The translations under genes and the position numbers were made by a program. The notes below the pieces were generated by a model that searched no databases, was not told the DNA's origin, and saw only the letters and a program-made list of their open reading frames with translations. DNA of 64,000 bases from the NCBI GenBank assembly GCA_963674735.2, contig CAXXQS010000001.1:2592001-2656000 (forward strand), in the 5' to 3' direction. Shown piece by piece: positions 56,218-64,000 of the stretch (positions within the stretch are counted from its first letter, which is position 1; the number at the start of each line of letters is the position of its first letter). Source of the DNA: Myxococcota bacterium (lineage in GTDB: Bacteria; Myxococcota_A; SURF-8).

Positions 56218-56622
56218 ATGACCGCCAAAAAGATTCCGGAAATCAAGAAAAAGGTGAACATGTTCCTCCAAGGCGAGGAAGGAAAAATCACCAAGAAGCA
56301 GGCTCTTACCGTTTCAACCACCCTGATCCTCCTGGGACAAACGCTTTCCGCCGAAGCGGCCGAAACGGGCCACAGCGAGGCGGGACACGAGGACATGCAT
56401 ACCTGGGATCCGGGTGCGATGGAACATCCGATGGCCGCCGTGGATGGGCAACTGCACGCCGGACACTGCTCGCATGGTTCCCACGGCTCGCATGGTTCCC
56501 ACGGCTCGCACGGCTCGCACGGTTCGCATGGTTCGCATGGTTCGCACGGCTCGCACGGCTCGCACGGTTCGCATGCTTCGCATGCCTCCCATGGTTCGCA
56601 CGGCTCCCACGGAAGCTGGTGA
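56218..56622 (+). CDS. hxsA: His-Xaa-Ser repeat precursor peptide (HxsA-like), 134 aa
   Basis: AAGGAGG RBS; C-terminal HCS-(HGS)11-(HAS)2-(HGS)3-W; flanked by two radical SAM genes. Confidence 0.88.
   Translation: MTAKKIPEIKKKVNMFLQGEEGKITKKQALTVSTTLILLGQTLSAEAAETGHSEAGHEDMHTWDPGAMEHPMAAVDGQLHAGHCSHGSHGSHGSHGSHGSHGSHGSHGSHGSHGSHGSHASHASHGSHGSHGSW
56464..56616 (+). repeat. 9-bp coding repeat array, 17 His-Xaa-Ser triplets
   Basis: ca(c/t)-gg(c/t)-tc(g/c) units with synonymous variation. Confidence 0.95.
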
Positions 56623-57587
56623 CCGTCGAACGCATGGCAACACCGAGCTTCAGTCGGCTGGCTTTCGTGCTCACCACCCGCTGCAGCTTGCGTTGTCGTT
56701 ACTGCCCGGTCGACAAAGACAATCGCTCGATGGCTCCGGATACGCTCCGACGAGCCATCGAGCTTTTTTATGGACCCGGAATCGAAGAAATCCGCACCAG
56801 CGGAGGCGATCCGCTGCAACGACTCGACCTGCTGGATCTTCTGCTTGAAACACTTCCCCCCCAAAGCCTCCTGCGACTGACCACCAACGGCTTAGGCTTG
56901 AACGAACAATTACTCGATCGTTTCGACGCCGACCCGCGCATACGGCTTGTGGCCAGCGTCGATGGAACCCGCACAAGCCATTGTACCGAACGGCAAGCGG
57001 CATCGGGTGGCGACAGCTACGCCTGGTTCGAACGCTACAGGGCGCGACTTGTCGCCTTTACCCATACCGTCACGCTCAATGTCGTCATCGCTCCCAGCCA
57101 GGCGGATCGCCTGGTTGAGAACATCGCTTATCTGGCCAAATGCGGTTTCCGCCGCTTCAATCTGCTACCGGCTTACTACGTCGAGTGGTCACCGGAAGCG
57201 ATCGGAGCGCTTGCCCGCCAATTCGATAAGCTGGCCAAGTTCTGGGATGGCGCCTGGCGACGCGACCTTCGGCTCGAATGCGTCAACATGGAGCAACAAG
57301 CCGCCCAGCCTCTCTACACCGATGCATTGGTTATCGATACGGATGGCGAGATATACGACAACGACCTCATCACGACCCGTGCGCTTTCCCCCGACCGACA
57401 TCGTTTTTCACTCGGCAACATCCACCAACTTGCCTCAATAAACGACCTTGACGAATCCCGCGCCCCGGTGTCCTGGTGGGAGGTTCTGGAGGCTCGTCTA
57501 GGCTCCGACATTATGGAGGCTACACACCGAGTGGACGAACAGCTCACCGCCTTCATCTTGCGCCTGCAGAATCTTTGCGAGCCATAG
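56619..57587 (+). CDS. Second radical SAM protein of the Hxs cluster (no Cys-rich SPASM domain)
   Basis: CSLRCRYC, SGGDPL, LTTNG, SVDG; GTGA overlap with the precursor stop (alternative ATG 56634). Confidence 0.85.
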   Translation: MTVERMATPSFSRLAFVLTTRCSLRCRYCPVDKDNRSMAPDTLRRAIELFYGPGIEEIRTSGGDPLQRLDLLDLLLETLPPQSLLRLTTNGLGLNEQLLDRFDADPRIRLVASVDGTRTSHCTERQAASGGDSYAWFERYRARLVAFTHTVTLNVVIAPSQADRLVENIAYLAKCGFRRFNLLPAYYVEWSPEAIGALARQFDKLAKFWDGAWRRDLRLECVNMEQQAAQPLYTDALVIDTDGEIYDNDLITTRALSPDRHRFSLGNIHQLASINDLDESRAPVSWWEVLEARLGSDIMEATHRVDEQLTAFILRLQNLCEP

Positions 57588-57624
57588 CCGATTCATCATC
57601 TCACTTCTTTTCTTTTTCGAATGC

Positions 57625-57654
57625 TTGACATCCCAAACAGGGGGACGGTATAGT
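57625..57654 (+). promoter_or_regulatory. sigma70 promoter of the B12 operon
   Basis: TTGACA-18-TATAGT directly upstream of the riboswitch. Confidence 0.75.
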
Positions 57655-57812
57655 CGGGGGGTCTTGTAGGCAGCGAATAGGGAAGATCGGTGAAACACCG
57701 ACGCGGTCCCGCCGCCGTAAGCGAGGACGAAACCGGCATTGGCCACTGGGGTAAACCTGGGAAGGCGCCGGAAGTAGGATGATTCGCGAGCCGGAAAACC
57801 TGTCGCGCCTGC
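57655..57812 (+). promoter_or_regulatory. Cobalamin riboswitch
   Basis: AATAGGGAA, CGGTGAAA..CCG, CCCGCCGCCGTAA, GCCACTG, GGGAAGG and B12-box GAGCCGGAAAACCTG in canonical order; TonB receptor downstream. Confidence 0.93.
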
Positions 57813-58057
57813 TGCTGGGTATTGTCTCCTCGCGGAGGGAGAGTTGCCGGTGCCATCTTTTGGACCAGTCTCCTTTCGCCACGAGTCGACGCGTGTTGCA
57901 ACACCCGTCCTTCGTGGCGTTTTTGTCGAAAGCACAGGTTTCGTCTGTGTATTCTCGGCACTCCTCCCCAAATTGCCAATACCCCATTCATCCGATGCTT
58001 CTATCTGGTCGCGTCCTTCGACGCTTGGAGTGTGTGTCGACGAATAAGGAGAAATCC

Positions 58058-59437
58058 ATGACGAAACGGTTATTGCTGGTTGTCCTACTCGGATGTTTGC
58101 TTTCAGGTCTGTTCTTGACAAGTTGTGGCGACGACTATCTCGAAGATCCACCTGACGGAGACGACAATCCCGACGGCGATGACCCGGATGGTGACGACCC
58201 CGATGGCGACGACCCCGACGGCGACGAGCCCGATGGTGATGATCCCGATGGCGACGAGCCCGATGGTGATGATCCCGATGGCGATGATCCCGATGGCGAT
58301 GATCCCGATGGCGACGATCCCGACGGCGACGACCCGGAACCCCTCGACATCCTCGGCGACTACCTCGACGGCTGGGAGGGCTTCCATCGCATCACGGCTG
58401 ATAGCTGGCAACAGGGCGTCGGTCCTGATGCTTCCTTCTTCAACATCACACAATACGACAACGACACCATGATGCTGATCGCCCAGAACGACAGCGACAA
58501 CACCTGGAACCCCGATCTGTGGAGCCGCTTCGATTGGACATGGACCAGCGCTGGAACCCGAACGCAAACCTTATACTATTGCCAGACCGTCTACGATGCC
58601 GCCAGCGAACAAGCCGCACTCGATACAACCGCCGCCGATGCAACCGATCTCACCACCGGCTGCGGCGGTTTCGCCTGGAGCATGCTGACTCCCGGCGACG
58701 AACCCCTCGCGATTATCGGAAACTACGACGACTCTTGGAGCATGCATCACGACATCACCCAAACCTCTTGGGTACAAAGCGGATACGGAACGCCGTCGGT
58801 TTTCCATATCAGCCAATTCAACAACACAAACCAGGTTCTGATCACGCAAAACGACCACCAGAATACATACAATCCCGGGTTGTGGAGCCGCTTCGATTGG
58901 ACATGGGCCGACAGCGGTACCCGGACGCAAACCTCATATTATTGCCAGACTGCCTACGATGCCGCCAGCGAACAGGCCGCCCTCGATACCGCTCGTGCCG
59001 ACGACAGCGACCTCGCCACCGGCTGTGGCGGTAATGCGTGGAGCTCTCTGACTCCCGGTGATGCATTCCCGATGATTATGGGTGATTTCACTGACGATTA
59101 CTCCATGGCTCATGCCATTAGCGAAACAAGTTGGACTCAAAGCGGCTTTGGCGACCCGAGTATCTTTACCTTCACTCAAATCGACAACCAGATCCAAACG
59201 TTGATCGCACAAAACGACTCCGCCAATCCCTACAATCCCGATTTGTGGAGCCGTTTCGATTGGACATGGAACCTGGATGCAACGAACGGGTGGGAACTGT
59301 ATATCTGCCAAACCACTTACGACGCCGCCAGCGAGCAGGCCGCGCTCGATACCGCTCGTGCCGACGACAGCAACCTCGCCACCGGTTGCGGCGGTTTCGG
59401 TTGGAGTAAACTGACACGCGCGACTTCCAGTCGCTGA
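58058..59437 (+). CDS. Lipoprotein with PDGDD stalk and three tandem ~120-aa uncharacterised domains
   Basis: AAGGAGA RBS, lipobox LTSC; [39 protein letters not shown] occurs three times. Confidence 0.85.
   Translation: MTKRLLLVVLLGCLLSGLFLTSCGDDYLEDPPDGDDNPDGDDPDGDDPDGDDPDGDEPDGDDPDGDEPDGDDPDGDDPDGDDPDGDDPDGDDPEPLDILGDYLDGWEGFHRITADSWQQGVGPDASFFNITQYDNDTMMLIAQNDSDNTWNPDLWSRFDWTWTSAGTRTQTLYYCQTVYDAASEQAALDTTAADATDLTTGCGGFAWSMLTPGDEPLAIIGNYDDSWSMHHDITQTSWVQSGYGTPSVFHISQFNNTNQVLITQNDHQNTYNPGLWSRFDWTWADSGTRTQTSYYCQTAYDAASEQAALDTARADDSDLATGCGGNAWSSLTPGDAFPMIMGDFTDDYSMAHAISETSWTQSGFGDPSIFTFTQIDNQIQTLIAQNDSANPYNPDLWSRFDWTWNLDATNGWELYICQTTYDAASEQAALDTARADDSNLATGCGGFGWSKLTRATSSR
58151..58333 (+). 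repeat. 15-bp coding repeat, 12 x PDGD(D/E)
   Basis: ccn-gay-ggy-gay-gan units. Confidence 0.95.
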
Positions 59438-59463
59438 TTAGCCAAGTTGAAGAGGAAACGATT

Positions 59464-60774
59464 ATGAATCGCTTCTTAACGAACATGCCCATCTCCGGAG
59501 TTCTCCTCGCCACTACCATCGCCCTATTCCTCGGTTGTTCGGGCGGGGAGGACTCCGGATCCCCCTTATCATGCGATGTCGGCTATCAGAATATCGATGG
59601 GGTTTGTGAACCCATCGACGCGGACGGCGATCGTGAAGACACCGATCTCTGTGCAGGCAGCGACTGCGGAACACACGCCACCTGCGATCCGACTTCCGGC
59701 CAATGCGTCTGCGATGAAGGATATGAGCCCTTAGGCAGCGGCTGTGTGGCGGTCGCTCCCGATGGTGACGATCCCGACGGCGACGACCCCGACGGCGACG
59801 ACCCGGACGGCGACGACCCCGACGGCGACGACCCCGACGGCGACGATCCCGACGGTGACGACCCCGACGGTGACGACCCGCGCCCTCCCTGCCCGGTTCC
59901 ACAGGCTCCAGCCATGCCGATTCTCCCCATCGGTGCCGTTTTATCATTTCATGTCGAGGGTGACACTCCGATTGAAATCGGCACGCAGCAAGGCAAATCG
60001 ACCGATACTCCCGCAAGCTGGACCGAAAAATCGACCATCACCCTCGAAAATGCCGGTCTGATGACCATTTTCGCCCGAACACAAGACGAAGACTGCCGTC
60101 CATTGCCTTTCCGCTATGCTTATGATGTACGCGAAACATTCCCTCCGGCCGCCGGACAACCGGACAGCAGCGCCATCACTAAAGACGATCCGGCGATTAT
60201 CGGCTGGGCCAACTCCGTCGAAAACATCACCTTCGGTACGGAAGTGGATGCGGAATGGAAAGATTCCGACCAAGCGCTGGGAGCGGCGGAAGGCTCTTCC
60301 ACGACCATCGTCAGCCTTGGACGTGGTGGGCTTATCACCTTGGGTTTTGCCTCTTCCATCAAGAACGGAGATGGAGCCGATCTGGCGGTGTTCGAAAACA
60401 GCTTCAACGACACCTTCCTGGAGCTGGCTTTCGTCGAAGTGTCGAGCGACGGCGAAACTTTCCTGCGCTTCGATAACGCCTATCTCGGTGAAACGGCGAT
60501 TGCCGCCTATGGCACACACAATCCGACGCTATTCGATGGCTTGGCCGGAAAATATCGCCGGGGTTTCGGCACGCCATTCGATCTGTCCAGCCTTTCCAAT
60601 CGTCCCGAGGTGCTTGATGGAAGCGTCGATCTCGATAACATTAGCTATGTGCGTATCGTGGATATCGTCGGCGACGGAACCGCATTCGACAGCTTCGGCC
60701 ATGTCATTTACGACCCCTACCCCACCATCGGCAGCGCAGGTTTCGACCTCGACGCCGTGGCGGCGCTGAACTAA
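59464..60774 (+). CDS. Lipoprotein with EGF-like module, PDGDD stalk and C-terminal putative corrinoid-binding surface domain
   Basis: Lipobox FLGC; CGTHATC..CVCDEGY; [45 protein letters not shown]. Confidence 0.75.
   Translation: MNRFLTNMPISGVLLATTIALFLGCSGGEDSGSPLSCDVGYQNIDGVCEPIDADGDREDTDLCAGSDCGTHATCDPTSGQCVCDEGYEPLGSGCVAVAPDGDDPDGDDPDGDDPDGDDPDGDDPDGDDPDGDDPDGDDPRPPCPVPQAPAMPILPIGAVLSFHVEGDTPIEIGTQQGKSTDTPASWTEKSTITLENAGLMTIFARTQDEDCRPLPFRYAYDVRETFPPAAGQPDSSAITKDDPAIIGWANSVENITFGTEVDAEWKDSDQALGAAEGSSTTIVSLGRGGLITLGFASSIKNGDGADLAVFENSFNDTFLELAFVEVSSDGETFLRFDNAYLGETAIAAYGTHNPTLFDGLAGKYRRGFGTPFDLSSLSNRPEVLDGSVDLDNISYVRIVDIVGDGTAFDSFGHVIYDPYPTIGSAGFDLDAVAALN
59758..59877 (+). repeat. 15-bp coding repeat, 8 x PDGDD
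   Basis: Direct inspection. Confidence 0.95.
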
Positions 60775-60795
60775 TCGGGGTAAACGAAAATCGAT

Positions 60796-62958
60796 ATGCC
60801 GCTTGGAAAACGCCCGGACATGATGCTCTTGCTTCTCCTGCTTATGCCGGGCTTGTTGGATGTCCAAGCGTTCGCCACCGAGACGCAAAATGAGTCCGAT
60901 GCAGCAGATACGTCCGATGCGGCTGATACGTCCGATGCGGCTGATGCGTCCGATGCGGCTGATGCGTCCGATGCGGCTGATACGGCAAATGCAGCAGGTG
61001 AAACAGATACGACGAATGCGGCTTACGTACTCGATCCTGTTACCGTGCGAGATGTCCGCGCCTCGCGTGATCTCAAACACGATCGCGCCGCCGCCGGAAC
61101 CGTCCTCTTGCGCGAAGACTTCGACGACGCAGGCGAAACCTTGCCCAGTTTGCTCGACCAGCAAGCCGGGGTTCGTTTAACGCGCCTCGGTGGACCGGCT
61201 TCGTTCGCCGCACTCTCGATTCGCGGCTCCACCAGCGATCAAGTCCAGCTCGTTCTCGATGGGGTCTCGCTCAATTCCGCCGCCGGTGGACCGGCCGATT
61301 TCTCGCATCTGCCCCTCGGCAATATCGAACGCATCGAGATTTATCGCGGAGCCGCACCGCTGGTGTATGGCGGGAGCGCAATCGGCGGCACGGTCGCCCT
61401 CACCACCCGTCGCGCTCGACAGCGCGAACTCACACTTTCCAGTGGAGGCGGTTCTTTCGGCGCACGCGAAGCACGCCTGTTCTATGCAGAACCCCAGGAA
61501 AAATGGGACCTGACCTTGGGATTGGATTACGCGGGTTGGAATGGCGCTTTCGATTATACCAACGACAACGGCACCCGCTTCGATTCCAGCGACGATCGGT
61601 CCGTCACCCGCCAAAACAACGCCTACGACCAGATCAACCTGTTGGGCACGTTCGCCCTTCGTCTTGCTGAGCAATGGCACGTGACCGTAACGGATTGGCT
61701 GTTTTGGCGCGACCAGGGCGTTCCGGGCCTAGGCCAGTTCGAAACCCGCCGAACCCAATACGGCCTGGCCGACAACCTGACGCTCATCCAGGTGGATGCC
61801 ACCGATCTGGGCAGACAACTCGACTGGCATATGCTCGCCTCCTTGCGCGTCAGCCATGCCACCTTCAGCGACCCGGAATCGGAAAGCGGCCTCGAAAACG
61901 ACGACGCCGACGATTGGACCTTAAGCCCGGCCTTGAGCAGCCACGCCTTGTTTCACCTCTTCGACTGGTGGGATCTGACCCTCATGGCGGCCTACCGCTA
62001 CGAGCGTCTTTCACCCGGCGACACGCAAAACCGAGCCGCCGCTTCCAGTCGCCATGACCTGCAAACCGGCCTGGAAACCGGTTTACGCATCGACGCCATC
62101 GATACCTTGATCCTGCCCAGTGCACGCCTGGAGGCGGCATTCAGCCGTCTCTCGACCGGCGCACACGCAACCGCGACCGCCATGCCCGTGGATAACGCCG
62201 ACCAACTCGAATGGACGACTCGGCTGGCGCTGGTCAACACGTCGATTCCCGATACGCGTCTGAGCCTGTCGGGAGGCCGCGCCGTTCGGCTACCCTCCTT
62301 ATTCGAGTTGTTCGGAAACACCGGGCGCGTCCTCGGCAACCCGAACCTGGACGCCGAAACAGCCCTGAGCTTCGATGGCGGTATTGTCTACGATTCCAGC
62401 ATGCTACCCGGCTCCAACCAGTTGCGTCTGGAGGCTTACGGATTTTATTCGCAGGTTGAAAACCTGATTCAATTCGTTCAAACGGCTCAAAATGTCTCGG
62501 TAGCCGAGAACGTCGACCGCGCCCGCCTGTGGGGCATCGAGAGCGGTGCCCGCGCCGATCTGTTTGCCCATTTGCGCCTAGCGGCAAACTATACCCTGTT
62601 GCTGGCGCGCAACACCGGGGACATCGCCGCCCGCAATGGAAACGATCTTCCACACCGTCCGGCATCGAAATGGTACGCCAGAATGGAAGGGTATGCGCGC
62701 GAGATTCCCGATATGGGAGAAGTCAGCCTGTATCTCGATGCCGAATGGATCGCCGGAAACTTTTTGGATAACGCCAATCTGGTGGCCACGGACGACCGCT
62801 TCTTTCTAAACACCGGTGTGGCTTTGACCTTCGGCGATAACGCCGCCACCCTGGCGCTTAGTTTTCGTAATTTGACCGACGAGCGGATTCAAGATCTGGC
62901 CGGATATCCCCTGCCGGGTCGCAGCTTCTCGCTCCTCATGACCTGGAAGGTGTTGTAA
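60796..62958 (+). CDS. TonB-dependent receptor, probable cobalamin transporter (BtuB-like)
   Basis: TonB-box-like DPVTV, plug LSIRGS..LDGV..IERIEIYRG, GNPNLDAE, GYPLPGRSF; downstream of a B12 riboswitch. Confidence 0.88.
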   Translation: MPLGKRPDMMLLLLLLMPGLLDVQAFATETQNESDAADTSDAADTSDAADASDAADASDAADTANAAGETDTTNAAYVLDPVTVRDVRASRDLKHDRAAAGTVLLREDFDDAGETLPSLLDQQAGVRLTRLGGPASFAALSIRGSTSDQVQLVLDGVSLNSAAGGPADFSHLPLGNIERIEIYRGAAPLVYGGSAIGGTVALTTRRARQRELTLSSGGGSFGAREARLFYAEPQEKWDLTLGLDYAGWNGAFDYTNDNGTRFDSSDDRSVTRQNNAYDQINLLGTFALRLAEQWHVTVTDWLFWRDQGVPGLGQFETRRTQYGLADNLTLIQVDATDLGRQLDWHMLASLRVSHATFSDPESESGLENDDADDWTLSPALSSHALFHLFDWWDLTLMAAYRYERLSPGDTQNRAAASSRHDLQTGLETGLRIDAIDTLILPSARLEAAFSRLSTGAHATATAMPVDNADQLEWTTRLALVNTSIPDTRLSLSGGRAVRLPSLFELFGNTGRVLGNPNLDAETALSFDGGIVYDSSMLPGSNQLRLEAYGFYSQVENLIQFVQTAQNVSVAENVDRARLWGIESGARADLFAHLRLAANYTLLLARNTGDIAARNGNDLPHRPASKWYARMEGYAREIPDMGEVSLYLDAEWIAGNFLDNANLVATDDRFFLNTGVALTFGDNAATLALSFRNLTDERIQDLAGYPLPGRSFSLLMTWKVL
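60895..60984 (+). repeat. 18-bp coding repeat, 5 x SDAAD(T/A), upstream of the TonB box
   Basis: tccgatgcggctgat(a/g)cg units. Confidence 0.9.
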
Positions 62959-64000
62959 TGCCTTGGCTGGTATTTCTTCACGATCGGATACGCCTGCCAA
63001 TGCTGTTGTCGCTGCTGCTGATTGCCATTTTCAGCGTAGCTTGCGTCGATCATACGCGCGGATTCGAACCCGCCGGCGACCGTGACGACTCTCTCCCCGC
63101 CCCCGACGGCGACAGCGACAACGGAGAAGCGACTTCCATCGATCCCTGGGCCATCACCGTCGTCGGCACCGATTATCTGTCCACCTCGATATCCATCATC
63201 GACCGCGAAACCCAAACCCTGTTTCGTGAAGGCATTCTGCACTCCGGCTCCACCCCGCCGGGACTATCCATTGCCTTGTCGGGGGATGTGGTTTTTCCAC
63301 GTCAGTTCAATCCGGAGCACTGGATCGTGCTGATCGATCGCTATCCCAATAGCGTGCTCACCTTTATCCGTCCCGACGACCTCAGTGTGGCGGGCCAATT
63401 ATCGGTGGCAACCGGCTTTGCCTCGAATCCCCACGATTTTCTGTGGATCGACAAGCATAAAGCCTATGTGACCCGTTACGAGCGCAACCCGCAACCGCAG
63501 CGCGAAGCCTTCGACGGCGGCGACGACATCCTGATCGTCGATCCGACCGACCGAAACATTATCGGACGCATTGATCTCCGTTCCCTGGCCGACACCGATG
63601 TCCACCCGGACATGCTGGCGCGACCCGAGCAACTGGTGCTCGCCGAAAACCGAGTCTGGGTCACTCTCGACGAAGTCAGCGGCGATTTTCAGCACGCCGG
63701 AACCGGGCGCATCGCGATCATCGACCCCGAAAACGATGAGTTGGTCGGCTGCATCGACCTGGAAGATATCACCAATTGCACCAGCATCGTGCACAGCCCC
63801 AGCCGTCACGCCCTATATGTGTCCTGCACCGGTCTTTTCGAAGAAGGCCCGCAGGAACAACTGCAACGATCGGCCCTCGTCGAAATCGATCTCAACACCG
63901 ACCCACCCGAATCCCGAATCTTGGTCAGTGCCCACGAAGGAGCAGGACAACCCTTCGGTTTCGAACTCGACATCGCCCGACAACGCTACCTGTTGGCGAT
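62958..64000 (+). CDS. Beta-propeller lipoprotein (BtuG/YncE-like), 3' truncated
   Basis: Manual translation from ATG overlapping the receptor stop (TAATG): ..LLLIAIFSVAC..PDGDSD..TDYLSTSISIID..LSGDVV..LIDRYP..SNPHDF..KAYVTRY; runs off the window. Confidence 0.75.
   Translation, partial: MPWLVFLHDRIRLPMLLSLLLIAIFSVACVDHTRGFEPAGDRDDSLPAPDGDSDNGEATSIDPWAITVVGTDYLSTSISIIDRETQTLFREGILHSGSTPPGLSIALSGDVVFPRQFNPEHWIVLIDRYPNSVLTFIRPDDLSVAGQLSVATGFASNPHDFLWIDKHKAYVTRYERNPQPQREAFDGGDDILIVDPTDRNIIGRIDLRSLADTDVHPDMLARPEQLVLAENRVWVTLDEVSGDFQHAGTGRIAIIDPENDELVGCIDLEDITNCTSIVHSPSRHALYVSCTGLFEEGPQEQLQRSALVEIDLNTDPPESRILVSAHEGAGQPFGFELDIARQRYLLA

Noticed and set aside
57779-58057. 93-aa N-terminal extension of the 552-aa ORF
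   Set aside because: Runs through the riboswitch and leader; the RBS and lipoprotein signal begin at 58058
56464-59877. Short tandem arrays as CRISPR or non-coding satellites
   Set aside because: No spacers; 9- and 15-bp units are in frame with wobble-position variation, so they are coding repeats; no cas genes

Overview
GC-rich bacterial chromosomal segment, probably from a Myxococcota/deltaproteobacterial lineage. This assignment is inferred from a MYXO-CTERM-like tail, an MXAN_5187-like protein and Cys-rich DNDCDG-repeat lipoproteins. Housekeeping and metabolic content: hutU (partial), ppdK, prkA-yeaH-spoVR, an acyl-CoA carboxyltransferase, the lysine-fermentation operon kdd-kamA-kamB-kamC-kamD-kamE, fis-like/thiD and rpsF-rpsR-rplI-dnaB. 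Five features stand out. (1) A complete IS621-like IS110 element sits at the CT core of a GTAG-type REP; its bridge-RNA guide segments and circle-junction promoter can be read directly from the sequence. (2) A His-Xaa-Ser radical-SAM RiPP cluster (hxsD-hxsB-precursor with 17 HxS triplets-second atypical radical SAM) follows a giant surface lipoprotein. (3) Directly downstream, a cobalamin-riboswitch operon carries uncharacterised repeat lipoproteins, a TonB receptor and a BtuG-like propeller. (4) An acidic (P)DGD motif recurs in nearly all secreted proteins. (5) Several REP-like families cluster in intergenic mosaics. No rRNA, tRNA or CRISPR array was recognised. All family assignments come from motif recognition by eye, not database searches.
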